A stretch of DNA of 64,000 nt, taken from contig JYFJ02001996.1 of assembly GCA_000934665.2 (NCBI GenBank), positions 1-64,000 on the forward strand, written 5' to 3'. The stretch comes from Catajapyx aquilonaris. Taxonomy: Eukaryota. The notes beneath the pieces were generated by a model, which had not been told where the DNA came from, made no database searches, and saw only the letters and a program-made list of their open reading frames with translations. The translations under genes were made by a program, and so were the position numbers. Shown here one piece after another: positions 23,901 through 37,341 of the stretch. Each line of letters starts with the position of its first letter. Within the stretch, counting starts at the first letter, position 1.

Positions 23901-26900
23901 GTTCTGTAGCAGGAGTAACCAATAATGTAATGATACAGGCATTAGGAAGGCATATGACAACAACAACAATGGACTGAATTGCTGTATCAATGGTTGTAAG
24001 TGAAACTAAAGCAGTCGATTCCATACGTGAGTGCACATTAACTGGGAATCTGGAATCATCAGCATATGTGCTGGGGCACTATGTTACATTGAGGCATAAT
24101 TTTTTTGTCCAGCATCCACTTTCAATGTGAAAGTAATGCTTGTACCAATGATTTGTTCTGTAAGTTTTTTGTTGCCAATTGTATCCTACGAGTACTTTAC
24201 ATCACACTAACCCTGATTCCATCACAAAATGTGTAAACACAACTTTGCATTTAGAGCACTACATCGAAATATATTCCACAAAGACACACAGGTGGTAAAG
24301 ATAAGCCACAACTACTACCTGAGTTGTATCACTTGGTTTGCAATCCAATGCCTGACCATCCGCAGGGGGGACCACCGGAATATCAGCCGGGACGACTTGC
24401 AGCATGTTTCCTACCTGTAGAAAGAAATAATGTTACTTGTGCTCCTGATAAAATCTGAACAGTTTTACCTCACCTGGACCACACTGGAAGTGCTTGAGCT
24501 CTGGTACCACTGGTTGCCAACAAACGCCTCAGGACTGTCCCAATTCTCAGTATAATCCAAAGTAGGTTCTCTTTCATCCCACTGCCTCCTCTGCAGGTGA
24601 GATGAATCATCCACATGTTCGTATTGCCTCTCTGACTCCTGACCAGAATAGTAATTGCTGGTTTTGGGGTCAAGGTGTTTTGGAGGGTGGCAAGGTGGAG
24701 GAGCAGGATATGAATGATGGTAACTCTCAGTCCACGTGGCTTGGTTAGGATACGTTGGTGGCATACCCTGCGGATATACATTTGAGGTAGGAGGACTAGG
24801 GGCTATCCCCAACTCAAGAGCTATCCTCTCATCAAGGCTCATATCTCGAGGAGAAAACTGGAATTTGTCAATGTCCTCATTTTCCTCAGTGGCAGCCTGA
24901 GTCTCAGTGCCACTCGCATATCCTGTAATTCCCTGCCGTGACTTTAAGCTTCCTCGCTTCCCAGCAGCAAGTTCTGCATCACTAATAGTTGAATCTGCAA
25001 CACTTAGTTTCAGGCCCAGAGGTGACCCTGTAGGGGACACCTTGTCCAAGGTCCCAGGGGCTTGGTGCCACGTACCATACTGATGGCCTGCTGTTTCAGA
25101 AGTTTTGCTATTGGCAGCCTCCTCATCTTTGGTGTACTTCCATTTCAGGTTTCGCCATTCTTCCTGTCGGCCTCCCTCAGAGTACCACCTGTGCCTGTCA
25201 TAGAGGGCTCGACTGTGGCGGTCTGGACTTTGGCTCCAAGACTTGTGTCTAGAAGGACTTTGGTATCTCAACCTTTTTCCATCCCGCAATCTGTGGCTTC
25301 CATCTCCTCGCCAATGGTGTCCTTTATCACTATGTCGATCTTTGGTCCTTGATGGTGCTCTGTCACGTTCCCTACTATGGCCACTCTCCCTCCCACCCCG
25401 TTTTTGCGATGCTGAACTCTCATCACGATGATGGTGATGCTGTGGACTCAAACTTGGTGACCTTCTTGGGCTGCAAGAGCGATTGGGAGAACGAGACCTT
25501 GACCTTCGCCAACTGTGCTTTGAAGGACTACATGAACGCCTCACATTTTTCTTGGCTGATTCCACCTTCTTATCTTGTACCACTGGATTCAATTGTTCAT
25601 TTTCAAATATCACCTTTTGTTTTGTCTGTGACTCTCCCTCATGTTCAGGAGCCTTCTCATGACTCTGAGTAGTTGTACATGACAGTGATAAGGACATTTC
25701 CTTTTCTCCCGATGGCAGTGATGGAGATAATTCACCTCTTGGAGAAAGCGAGTTTTTGCATTGGTCCGTGTCCTCTTTTTCCTCAGGTATGGATTGCTTG
25801 GAACTAGCAACGGCCTCATGTTCAATGCATGCTTGCTCTTCTTCCACTGCTTCATTCAAAATTGGTTTACTATCACCAATGCAGGCAACAGCATTGTCTT
25901 CTCGAGGGGTTTCTTCCAAATCAGGAGACAATTCAGTAGGTTTTGGTGTTTCAGGCCCTGTTTCTCCTGCCTCAAAGCCAGGAAGCTCTATCTGTTGCAA
26001 CTTGGTTCTAGCTGTCAATTTTAACTCAAGGGGTTTAGTTGTCAGCTTTGTAGGACTGGATTCCACTAGAGAAAGGGAAGCATGCAAGTAATGCGAGATT
26101 TCTGAGGTGAGTGATGGTAACCCAGCCTTGCAGGTCATTTCGTCAGCATCAGTGTCTTCAAGATGTCCTGCTTGGAGCTCACTCACTACATCACCTGGCC
26201 GTACTACATTTTTGGCAGCTCCTCGTTCTTGCAAGTCGGCAATCTCAACGGTTCCAAATCCAGCCTTCTGAATATTTAGAGCAACAGTTTCGTGTGTGTC
26301 ATCTTGGACATCCACAAGCTTTTGTTGTGACGGGGAAAACTGAAAAGGATTTTCAGAAGGACTAGCATTGCCTTTTTCTGGCTCCACCTCAACACCACAC
26401 TGAAGGTCACTAGTTCTTGATGGCTGAGAAATCTCAACAACTGAAACTGGAACTTTTTCATTGGAACTCTTCATGCTTTCACATTTAACAACATCTAAGC
26501 TTGAAACAGCCTTCTTGCTACAGGTGCCCAAAGTTGTGGTTTCTCTGCCATTACCTTTACCAGCATACGTAGATTTCGGTGCTGATGTCTCATCGCAAGA
26601 ATTATCATAATTTTTGTCAGATGAGCTGACATCTGAATCACTTGATAATTGTTTCATTTTCCCCCATAGGTCTGCTTTGGAAGAACTCTCACTACTTGAG
26701 CTGCTGTACTTCTTCCTCTTACTCACTCGCCTTCTAGCCTTCTTCTTGCGCTTCTTTGCCTTCTGTCTCTTCCTTTTTCTTTCCTTACTTTTACGAGACC
26801 TGACCCTGTCGCGCTTCTTTCGCCGCCGTTTCTTCTTCTTCTCCTTCTCCGACGCACTTGAAGAATCTTCACTAGAGCTAGCGTCAGTGTCAGTAGTGGC

Positions 26901-29900
26901 TTCTGATGAAGATGATGAATTCCTCCTGTTAATGCCAGCAGCCTTACTTACTTCTCCTCCATCAGTCTGCTTCTCATGATTGGGACTCATGTCGATGGTG
27001 GGGGTGCCAGCTGATTCTGCACCACTTTTTTGACCAATAGACACTGCTTTCATAAACTCTTCGTAAGCTGTCGCCAGGCTTCGAGTCCTTTGCATTTCAG
27101 CTAGTCCATCTGCCAACTCTTTATGGCCTGCAGCGTTTGCTCTTTTGGCAGCAATGTCAAGAATTTTACCTTGTTGAACATCCCACCTTGTACTACCATG
27201 GTTCAAGGCACCCTCAATATTCTCTTGCTCTTGTGAACTCAAACATTTATCCAGCTCACTTTCATCTGCAAGCATACTTTGGTTGCATTTCTCACTGGAG
27301 TTGAAAAAGGTGTCCAATTTATCAACATACCACATTCCTCTTGTATGACTACTGCCAGTATCAACTACTTTTGTCTTCGTGACTTGTATCATCAAGTCTA
27401 CAACTTCTTCGCATTCAGTGTCAAATACTTCAGCCCTACTTTTAAAGTAAGTTCCACGGTTCTTTGAGAATATCAGTTCAGGTTTCGACTTAGTGTACCG
27501 CACAAGTGAAACTGGGTACTCCTTCTCCCTTTTGTAAATGCTTCTCACAGTTACAGTTTGTCCTTCTCCCGAACATACTGCTATGGGGAGGTCCTCAGAA
27601 AATATCTGGCTCGAAGAATCAGTCACATGGCCAAGCCCATCGTCTTCTTCCCTGCAGTGGTAAATAAAAGTGATTAGTTTATGCCGTCCCACAAAATATA
27701 TTTACAATTGTGGCTTTTTCTGATAGTGCTGACAAAAAATATACAACTTGCAACAAATTACGGCCTCTTCCTACCTTATATTAATCATAGTAATAAGCCA
27801 TGGTAATACAGCAATACCATGCTTCATGGTGCTTTTCAATTGAATGGCCCAACAGAACAAGGGCCCATGTCCAGGGTGAAAAAAGGGTGAGGATGGAGAA
27901 ATTTATTTTTATTTCCTAAACTATTTGGGGTATTAATATTCTTTCAAGGGATTAGGCCTGAAAAAACTCATTAATTTTGGTACATCGATGTGTTGCACAA
28001 GTCAGCTGTTATTTCCAAATTTTCAACCTTAAACTTGGGCCCTTGTTCTATCGGAGTTGGGGCACCAGGGACAGGAGACAGTCAGTTGGGTCTGGGTCGC
28101 CAACCTAAGAGAGGTTTAAGGTTGTGCTTGACCACAGTGTAGGTCATTGTTGTATTTTGTGACACCGGAGGTGGAGGTGTGGCTTTTGGTGGAACTCAAG
28201 AGCAGTTTTATTTGGGTCTTATCCCTGAGAGTACAACCTTCATGCCCAAGACAGCATAGGCTCATACTGTACTGTGAGACTTGTGAGGAAGTCTCCCTCC
28301 CTTTTTACCTATCCGTGCACCTTGGGAAATGAGTGATGTGACCAAACAAAAATAATACAGAAACGAATCACATCACAAACATTATATAACGTATCAGTCA
28401 TCTCACATATACTGGCCGCTTTTTCTCTCCTGCTATAGACCAAGGGCCCAAGTCCACGGTTGAAAATTTGGAACAACAGCTGACCTGCACAACATATCAA
28501 TGTACCAAAATTAACATGTTGGTGTGGCCCTTTCAGACCTACTCCCTTTAAAGAACATTAATACTCCAAATAGTTTAGGAATTAAAAATTAATTTCTCCA
28601 CCCCCACCCTTTTTCACCCTGGACATGGGCCCTTGCTCTATTGGGTCATTCAATTGTATTCACTTTCATTATACAGTAAAAGCTAGATATAACGCTCCTG
28701 CATATAATGCTATCCTGCTTTTAACACCCTTATTTTCCGGTCCCTTGATCAGCCCCACAAGAGCCCCAATGATAATCTTTCCCGCTTGTAACCCTTTCTC
28801 AAATATACAGCTTGGTTTCCCTGGTCCCCAGAGACACTTTAACTGGGTTCGTAAGTTTTCCCTATTATCACAGATGTCCGATGTTAAAATTGCTCATGAT
28901 TCTGAACAGTCTGAAATCACCTGTCTAACTAGGCCATAATGAATTTCTACGATAGGAACGGGTATTTCCCCACCCAGCGTATTGGATTTCTCCTGCCACT
29001 ACACCTAGGTAGACTGTTAGCATGTTTACGGTTTAATTCAATGTGGCTTCCTATGGATAGTGACTTATGTAATCTATGTTATGGCAATAACGTGGATGAT
29101 TTGTCTTGTATCATATACAATGCCATATGTTTATCAGTGGTAGACTGAACCTCTAAGTGATTTTACCAAATTTCCCCACAGACAAACTATGGGCAGTCCT
29201 CCAAAAACCTACTACTGAACAACTAAATGCCTTATTTTATTTCGTAGATTATGTTGCCAAGTGGCACAACAATTGTTAACCTCCTAAGTAATCTTCCTCC
29301 TTATCAAATGCCAGATGGACTTATTCTGGTTGTTTAATAAACATATGGGTGACACAATATGGGTGAATCTCCAAAAAATTACCATTTTCAAAGCAAAAAT
29401 TATTGAATTTCAAAACTTGTTTTTAAAATGAGGAAAAGTTCACACTTACTTTATGAGGTCACAAACAAGGAAAAAATAGTGGGACATAACTCTCATATTC
29501 TAAAGTGGTTGAGGATAGAGTTGGCGTGCGGGAGGCGGGGGGGGGGGGGGGTAGTAGTCGGTGGGGGCAGCGGACTGTGTCGCAAAGGCAAGGATAAAGG
29601 ATAGGCATGTATCCACTGAAGATAGGTCTGTATGGCTGAATATCCGCAAGAAAGGAAGGTTAGGCTTGGTTACGTTAGGTTGGTACAGCATACCCCTTCC
29701 CAAATCCAAAAAATCAATCCTCGCATCCTTGACTTTGTGACACAGCAAAGCTGCCCCAACCACCACTCACCCTGCCGTCTCCCGCACGCCAGTAAGGCCT
29801 ACTCTTTCTGTGGTTGAAACCTTCCAGGATTGATTTTGCAGTTAACCACAATAATTTTTATTGGACGTTGTTCCTCATAATATTAGCTCAAAAAGTGAAA

Positions 29901-32103
29901 CTCAGTTTTCAAATATGTCCCCCAAGTAGTGAAAACCTGGGCTCAAAAGTCGAGAATTTGCCATTTTTATTGCACTTGAAATGGCCACAGCAGGCACTAA
30001 AAAGCTGCTAGAATTTTAATATTAATTTTTCAGACACTAGTTGATGATGGCCAATTTTTTGAGACACATCCTGTTCAAGAACGATAAGTTTGTTAAAATA
30101 TTATTATTTAATATTATTGCCAGGAGTTTGGGAGCCGGAAGAATGACCTTCGGATGTATTAGGATGAATATTACGGTCCAGAACAAACGCAGACTCTAGA
30201 AATTTCTTGGCAGGTGATGACATCCCTTCATGCCATGGAATCAGTTATTTCAAAAGATTTGAGTTATTATGTGACATAGAAAAGTGAGCCAGGAGAGTGA
30301 GCACAAAATGTGCTACATAACTGAATTTAAAACTCCTTAATCTTTTTAACCCACTAGGAGATGTAGTGCCTTTTGCACAGCAATCTGTAGTTAAATCAAG
30401 GTGTCATGGGGAAGAAGTGTTGACAAATAACTGAGTAAAAAATCCCTTTGTTTTACTGCAAATTTTGACGAAAGTATCCTGATCCAGGAGAGTAACATGA
30501 AAACTCGAGACACACTTTGGAGTGATGCAGCAAGGTCATGTCAAATTATTAAATTGTTTTTAAAACGTTGTTTTATACCTTCATGTGCATACAATTTAAT
30601 TATAGTATTGGAACTTGTCTAATGTTAATGATAAAATTGTAAGAAAATATAGCACGCTTTTAAAATAAGATCAGGACATGCCAAGAAGAGTGATTTTAGG
30701 CCCTTAGACATTCTTTGCAGTAAAAGATAATTTAATGTTTCTCTTTCTTTTCATGGGGATGGCTAGGTGTCAACTGCTTCTACAAATGTTTAAAAAATCG
30801 ACTCTCAGTCAAGCCATTTTTGAATTATCATGACAGGACATAGCATTGGCAAGTTTTTGGAGAATCACCCATATTACGTATGGCAATCATTATGTGCACT
30901 GTGTATAGGTTGGTCCCTCCCTGCAGCTTGTAAGCAGGGAGGCTAATAAATTGACATATTAAGGAATTATGTAGGCTACATGCACTACAAACAACCCCCC
31001 CGCTCACACACATACCCATCACCAAAAACCTTAAATTCACCAGCCCTGTTCTCTCTCTCATCCTTCTCTTTGCAACCCTATAGATGCCGATTTTCATACT
31101 GACAATTACTTCAAGAATAATTACATGCCACAATACCAATGCATAGTGCTATCAAAAATCATGACTAATTTTAATGACAATTTAACTTAAAGGGGGTGCA
31201 GTAGCCAAAATACAGTATAACGCATTTTGTAGGGAGCTTTATTTTTGTCGCAGAACACGTTGCTAATATGGAAAAACACGAACTAGGTGCCCTGCTCAAT
31301 TGCTTGGCCTTGACAATAGTACCACACTAGACACGATTACATTAAAATTGTGGACATACGGCCCCAGGTGCGTGTCTGATTTTGCCATGTTATTGAAATT
31401 GACTTCTTGGAAACGCCATTTCCACTGACTTTAACTCGCTGTAAAGGTCATTTCTAGGTAGAACATGAAAAAAAAAGGCGAACTAGGTGCTCTGCGCCAG
31501 ATCGCTACTATTCTTTTGTGCAATTTCTGTGGCAATTGAACAATTTTTGAGGCCATATGGCCACAGAAGTGTAGGCTATGCCTAATCTTCCTATGCTGCA
31601 TGCATAAACAAGTTTATTGCAGTCATCGGCAGGCGCGCCGATTGTTGTGGGAGAGATAGGAGCCTAGAAGCAAGTCTATAAAGTTCAAATGTAGGGCGGG
31701 AAGTCTGCATAGCAATGGGAGCGGACCATGGTGGCATTGTTTGAGAGGTGGCAACAATTGCCTTCTATTGTTGTGCAAACATTCAGTAGGCTCAGGCTAT
31801 AGCTGCAGAGCCATCTGGTTTACTGCATTTTTGCTACTGCACCCCCTTAAATGGCCCATGCTGCCCATGCAACAAAAAACCCTGTATACTCCATTGATCC
31901 TCCACACTGAGGGTATAAAATGAGCTTTTAGTTCTTTGCTATAGGTACGTTCACATGGGCGCGAAATTCCTAGGAAAGTGCCGGAAAGTAGATTCCACTA
32001 AAAGCAGATTCCAACTAATTTCCAACTTCCCAGTGACAGTAGTCCACACAAGCCAGGTTAAAACAGATGAAACGCGGCACCCCCGCAACCCAACAACGAG
32101 GGG

Positions 32104-32138
<35 letters not shown>

Positions 32139-34314
32139 GAAAGGAGGCATGTGTTCCTGAAACGCATGCACTCAGAAGTCATGTGACCCCACTTTCCATG
32201 TTGGAGTGAGATTCCTACTTCCTCCAACTAGGAATCTTTTCCAACTTGGGGCAGACTTTCAGAGTTTGTACTTTCCCATTTGGATGGGTGACAAAACCCA
32301 GGAATTCAACTTTCCAGGCACTTTCCTAGGAATTTCGAGCTCATGTGAACGCACCTTATGTTAGCCCTGTTCTCACAAAAAGTAGTATTTCCAGCATTTA
32401 TTCATGTGCAATTTCCTTATGACAGCAGTTGAAGGGCTACTCAACCTCTCATAATTGACATTTCTGAAAAACATACCCATCCAGGCTGCTCGTTGCCTCT
32501 TCCTCGTAATACCTCTTCAGATCAGCCTTCCACCTCTGCACACCAGGGAAGACCTTCCAGTCACTCCAGTTGCATGGAAAATCCAGGTTCACATCCTCTT
32601 CTCTCTTATCTTGCATTAGCACCTGCCCATCCTGAACTTCCTTCTCTTCAAGCATAGACTTGTCATCTTTCAGACTATCCTTCATTACATCCTCCTGCAT
32701 ACTTGTATCTTGCATGTGCATGGCATCATCTACAACAACTTGTGTACTTTGCACTTTGTCTGGTGACTGCCTACTTCTCTTAGGCTTAAAATCACCTTGT
32801 GCTTCCTTGGACTCTTCAGATGGATGCTCACTTCTCTTGCGTTTGACTTCGCTATTGTCCAGGTCATGTCGCTTATGCCTCACGTCATGTTGCCTGGGCT
32901 CTTTCTTGTCTCTCACACGTTGCTCAAGCTCATATTGCGATTCCTTTATCTCATCTAACTCTTGCCCACCCAACTTGTGTGTGACCTCATAATGCATGCA
33001 TTCCTCTGACTTTCGGTTCACATCACCTGGTGTGCCTTCAGCTTGTTTGTGTTGTAGCTTGCCATACGTGTGGCTATCCTCATCCAGCACACGTTCTTCT
33101 TCTCGCCTGTGCTTCGCTTCCCAATGCACTCTCTCCAGTTTGTCCTTATCTTGCACTTCCTTTTGTCCATCTAGCTCTTGCACATACTTTCCATCTTGCT
33201 CATCTCGTATATATTCACTCTGCTTATGCCGATCTTGCAAACGTCTATCATCATCTTGCTTGCGTCTAACTTCATCTTGAACACTTTTCTCTTCTGGTTG
33301 CTTGTGCAACAGCTCCTTATGGCTTCCTTCACCATAACTATGCTTAGTATCAATTTTATGATCCTCTGCTTGCCACCTATCCTCCTCTCTTCTACCACGA
33401 TCACATCTCTGCTCCCCTTTATACTCCCCCAGCTTGCTATCTGCCTGATCTCTGCATTTGTCCAGTTTTTGTCTAAACTCATCCTGTTCCCATTTAGTGT
33501 CACCCAGTCTCCACTCATCGTGCACATGCTTCACAGAAGACCTGCTATGCTCATCACGGCGGCTTGTGTCTTGCTCATATACTCTGTCTTTGCGTCGACT
33601 TCGTTCACCTCCCCGGCGCCTGTCTCTATCATCTCCATGTTCCCTTCGGTATCCACTACGATGCTCCCTGTGACTCCTCTCATATGAACTCTGGTGCCTA
33701 CTACTGCGGCTCCCATCATCTCTGCTCCTTCTGGATGAACTGCGTCCAGAAGGCACGTTGGCTAAATATCTCTGACTCAAAGTCTTCTTAATCTTCTCCT
33801 CCTCCCGCTTGATTTCTTCAATGGCCAATACTTCCTTCTCCTCCTTCTTCTTGCCCTTCTTGCGCTGTTCCTTCTTTTCCTCATCGTCTACATTGAATGC
33901 TGAAGCTGCCTTTAGCTTTGTCTTAGCGGGCAGGACACATCTGGTTGCAGAAAAAGCCAATAGCCTCTTTTTAGCCTGTTCTTTACCAAGGACAGTTACT
34001 TTAGGTGCAACTGTTTCTTTGGCCAGCTTGACCTCAGCGGCAGTTTTGCTCATGGAGTAGAGGGTCTCCACATTTTCTGTCTCTCCAGTGGAATCAAGGA
34101 CGGTACTTGTTGGCATGGCTGGTTGGTTAACACCCATTACTGGGGCCATAGGAACACCCACAGGAGGTATTCCATACATGTAGGGATAATGCATGGTAGG
34201 ATGCATAGCAGGTGGAAGGGAAGGTGGGGGTGGAGGGTGAGGAGGAGGGTAAAGGAATGGTGGCGGGTAGTTCATTGCACTCCCTGCTACTTCCCCTGGA
34301 AGTGGGATGTTCAT
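11962..34314 (-). CDS. Large uncharacterised low-complexity protein (~2,630 aa): Pro-rich N-terminus, RS/RE-rich and Lys-rich tracts, candidate PP1-binding motifs, C-terminal 19-aa tandem repeats
   Basis: Hand-spliced exons (minus strand): 34314-32477, 27651-24474, 24414-24319, 20015-19226, 19168-19038, 18943-18851, 18789-18620, 18563-18392, 13457-13283, 13211-11962. All introns are GT-AG with matching phases; total 7893 nt, divisible by 3. ATG at 34314 in ACCATG context with an in-frame TAG just upstream; TAA stop at 11962-11964. The donor at 24318 (GTAGTA) is the weakest junction. Confidence 0.85.
12110..13090 (-). repeat. Coding minisatellite: 17 units of 57 bp (some 60 bp), consensus GGDMAPRPRVPANCSLSQM
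   Basis: Units counted in the translation of 13211-11962; unit-length changes are whole codons. Confidence 0.95.
14591..14660 (-). mobile_element. SINE family B, head only
   Basis: Matches the heads at 37630-37703 and 55745-55815; B box GGTTCGATCCC on the minus strand. Confidence 0.75.
14874..16607. mobile_element. Foldback element with ~600-700-bp arms, GGG termini, ATAT flanks
   Basis: ATAT|GGGCCATTCCACGTG...CACGTGGAATGGCCC|ATAT; second copy starts at 60727. Confidence 0.9.
15719..16052 (+). mobile_element. RTE LINE 3' fragment inserted in the foldback right arm
   Basis: 13-bp TSD GTTGTCCCACATA (15706-15718, 16053-16065); tail shared with 8530-8590. Confidence 0.75.
17447..17802 (+). mobile_element. 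tRNA-derived SINE, family A, full length
   Basis: B box GGTTCGATCCCC; 10-bp TSD ACAAAAACTC (17437-17446, 17803-17812). Confidence 0.9.
20554..21776. mobile_element. Tigger/pogo-type MITE carrying a nested palindromic MITE
   Basis: TA|CAGTTAAATCCTGATAACTCGAA...TTCGACTTATCAGGATTTCGCTG|TA; uninterrupted inverted copy at 37723-38276. Confidence 0.85.
20642..21172. mobile_element. Palindromic Tc1/mariner-type MITE (copy of 2809-3398)
   Basis: Same TIRs, TA on both sides. Confidence 0.9.
22311..22435 (+). mobile_element. tRNA-derived SINE head (family D)
   Basis: A box TGGCCGAGTGG and B box GAGTTCGATCC; 3' end not defined. Confidence 0.65.
23056..23721. mobile_element. Tigger/pogo-type MITE
   Basis: AGTCGAATCCCTCAATAAC...GTTATAGAGGGGATTCAACTG|TA. 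Confidence 0.7.
27837..28656. mobile_element. Foldback-like element with ~190-bp arms
   Basis: CAATTGAATGGCCCAACAGAACAAGGGCCCATGTCCAGGGTG...CACCCTGGACATGGGCCCTTGCTCTATTGGGTCATTCAATTG. Confidence 0.8.
29361..30870. mobile_element. Non-autonomous DNA transposon with GGG termini and ATAT flanks; nested TIR element at ~29523-29790
   Basis: ATAT|GGGTGAATCTCCAAAAA...TTTTTGGAGAATCACCC|ATAT; inner GGCGTGCGGGAG...CTCCCGCACGCC. Confidence 0.7.
31191..31846. mobile_element. TTAA-flanked (Kolobok-like) MITE
   Basis: TTAA|AGGGGGTGCAGTAGC...GCTACTGCACCCCC|TTAA. Confidence 0.7.
31943..32356. mobile_element. PIF/Harbinger-type MITE
   Basis: TAT|AGGTACGTTCACATG...CATGTGAACGCACCT|TAT, 3-bp TSD. Confidence 0.8.
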
Positions 34315-35560
34315 GGTTGTATCCTGTTTCTAGAAGCTTGCCTGGCACATCTCATCTGAAAAAAGAAGAAAGTTATCAAAATCTTCACATTTTACAAAAA
34401 AGCTATATCTCAATGCATAACATGGGAGTTTGTCAAAGTAGGCTTAATACGAGGGGTGTTTAGAGAGTAATGCAGTAACATAGCAGTACCAGTGTTGGCA
34501 CTGATAAGTTAGCAGCAAGTAGCAGTGGGTCGAAAATTCCACCTTGCGTTTGTAATTTTAAAAACCCAGTACTCGCGCAAAAATACAGGCCTCATTTTAT
34601 GACGAATAATAATAATTGAGGTGCTCAGAGGAAGAACGGCATATCCCAACATGAGATAGTTTTGAGAAACGTGGCTTTTTGTGTTTCGCTTTATCATGCA
34701 GCTAAAGCTGCGGACAAATTTTAGAAATGGAATATGTGACTTTGACATGTCCCAATTCATTTGGTACTTCAGCACATGAAAGGTAGATGGAAGGAGAGTA
34801 CAACAGCACTAAAATCTCAAAATTGGAGGTCGGTTGGGATATGCCATCCTTCCTCTGAGCGCCTCAATTATTCCATTCCTAAATTGGTGCTCACAGGGCT
34901 CACAGGGTGGCATATTATACTAACTGATGCAAAAATGTGCAATGCTGTTAAAATTTGCATGAATACATGGGCCGTGCTTCAGTTCCCACAAATGTAATAG
35001 TAACCAAATTACTGGGCTGCAAGACCTGTAGGTTGCGTCAGCCCTTATCCTCTTTCAAAAAAGTAACCAAATTACTACTACAATTACATGCCCCCACACA
35101 GCTCCCTACCAGCATTTAAAAAGAATTAATTTGATAACTAGTGCACCCGTAGCCAAAATTTGGCAAAACCTGCAATGAGGAAGGCAATGGTAATGAAAAA
35201 ATTGAATGGGAGGGCTCGCGTATAGCTGGTCGTAATACGGGGTTGAGAAATTGAGTGGCATTGAATCGGACATGAGAAAAGTTTTCATAAAACCTCGCGA
35301 TATACAACATTGTGAGTAAACACTCTGTTGTTGGAGAGCAATATTCCGTGTTGAGCAGTAGCCAGTAGGAGTAGTGAACACTTTGACCTGACTTGGGTTG
35401 CGAGAGCTTTGAATAACTGCAAATAGCAACTCAACTTTCATGACAGGTGACAAAAGTTTTCATAGCAATCTTCACAGTGGAGAGGCAACTTGCATCACTT
35501 GTGACGCACACAGTGCTCGGTTTTGTCAGCATCGCAGGAATTTTGCAAAGAACACATACC

Positions 35561-35794
35561 TTTATAATTGATATATTTAAGGAGGTTGGCCCAGCATTGC
35601 CTTTCAACCTCCAAGGATAGGGAAGGAAGGAAGCGGCTGTGGCCTATTATACGGAAGCAACCCCGGAATTATCCTAGAAAGACCGTGGAAAACCACAGAA
35701 AACCACAGTCAAGGTTGCCGGCCCCGGGATTCGAACCCAGGACCTCCCAATTAGCAGTCGGACGCCTTATCCACTATGCCAACCTGCTTCGGTT
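35561..35794 (-). mobile_element. tRNA-derived SINE, family C
   Basis: 15-bp TSD CAAAGAACACATACC (35546-35560, 35795-35809); B box GGTTCGAATCCC on the minus strand. Confidence 0.9.
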
Positions 35795-36218
35795 CAAAGA
35801 ACACATACCATGGCGCATACAACACTCATTCAGACGTACACAGGTCAATGCCACTTGGCATACTGACTTATTAGGATTGTCTGCAGTACACTTGGAAGCT
35901 GGTCTGTCTACTTCTCAAGGTAGCCGAGTAATTGGTACATTCCAGAAACATTTTGACATGAAAAATGGGAAATTATTGGTCACAGGTGAAACAACACCAC
36001 ACATCTGGACACCAGTTTCAAGGGAGGGAGGAGGATAAGTGTCACACTTTAATTGCCGACCCACCATAGCATTTGTGAATGAGAAGGAATTCTTGTTGTG
36101 GAACACACGCAAAAATGGTTCAATACATTTGAAAATCCCACTATTGGACATTGAGTGTGAAGTCAAAAGCACAAGGAAAGCAGGTGTTTGGTCATGCAAG
36201 ATAAAAATACTGGATTAT

Positions 36219-36516
36219 TTATTTATCTATATTTACCCCGTTGGGAGAATCGGGGCTCCATTAGGGGGGGTGGAATACAACCATTTTACCTATCAATTTT
36301 TCTGGACTTTTTTTTTCTTCACACATGGGTGGGGCCAAGGATAGGGAAGGAAGGAAGCGGCTGTGGCCTATTATACGGAAGTGACCCGGAATTATCCTGG
36401 GGGGACCATGGAAAACCACAAAAAACCACTGTCAAGATCACCGGCCCCAGGATTTGAATCCAGGCCCTCCCGATTAGCAGTCGGATTCCTTAACCACTAC
36501 ACCAACCTGCTTTGGT
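36219..36516 (-). mobile_element. tRNA-derived SINE, family C
   Basis: TSD AAAATACTG(G/A)ATTAT; body matches 35618-35794. Confidence 0.88.
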
Positions 36517-37341
36517 AAAATACTGAATTATGAAGACAGTTCGAGGAGAAAAAGTCAATCGACAGCCCCTTTGTTTTGCATGGCTATCGAATTACCAAAC
36601 ACATTTACATATTTGTTTTACCATGGGAAATTCTCTTTGTAGTCCAGGTGCTAAGGGACAAATTTGACCCAAACTTTGCATTTTGGGCCAAAAGTATGAA
36701 ACTCGGTACACTTGTTCTTTGGACACTTCTGATCATATCTGGACGTGGAGCCACGATGACCCACCCCGGTGGAGGTCCATTTCGCAGGGTTTCCATAACT
36801 ACCAGATGCAGCATCCTTTTAGGACCTTGTATTGGGTGACAAAAACATGAAACTCGCCACAATTGGTCAAAAATCCCCTGGGGTCTTTAAACACCCCAGG
36901 TCACTGTGAGTGTTAGGATTTTCCAGGTCACTAGTTAAGGGTTAAGAAATTTTTAAAGCCATTTTACATTAATTGAATTGAAATTTTTCTCATAGCACAT
37001 TGGACTGAGTTCTAAATAAACAATACCAACACATTAATTTATTAATAAATAACACTGTTAAATGTGGTACAGAAAAGCATCAATTTCTGGAAAAATCCAC
37101 TAGCCATAAATATTTTTTAATTCCGTGGTAGATATTTCGTAATTAATTTGAATGCTGTCGTCAGGTTTGTGTGGCCCCTGAGGTTCATTATTAACATTTA
37201 CATCCTCCGAAGTAACAAATTAATGTAGTGGAAGCAAATTTTACCAGACCCCACAGAAATTCCTTGTCCAAGGTATAATTGCATTTATTTCAGTTGTTAA
37301 CTGTCAAATTACTTCAACTTTGGTATCCTCCTAGCTCAATT

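Noticed and set aside
27652..27692. N-terminus MGRHKLITFIYHC of the 1075-aa ORF
   Set aside because: Intronic; the exon starts at the acceptor at 27651 and joins in phase to 32477.
32660..34463. Plus-strand Ser/Cys/Leu-rich ORFs
   Set aside because: Antisense shadows of the charged minus-strand exon; the same applies at 25-27 kb and 19.3-19.7 kb.
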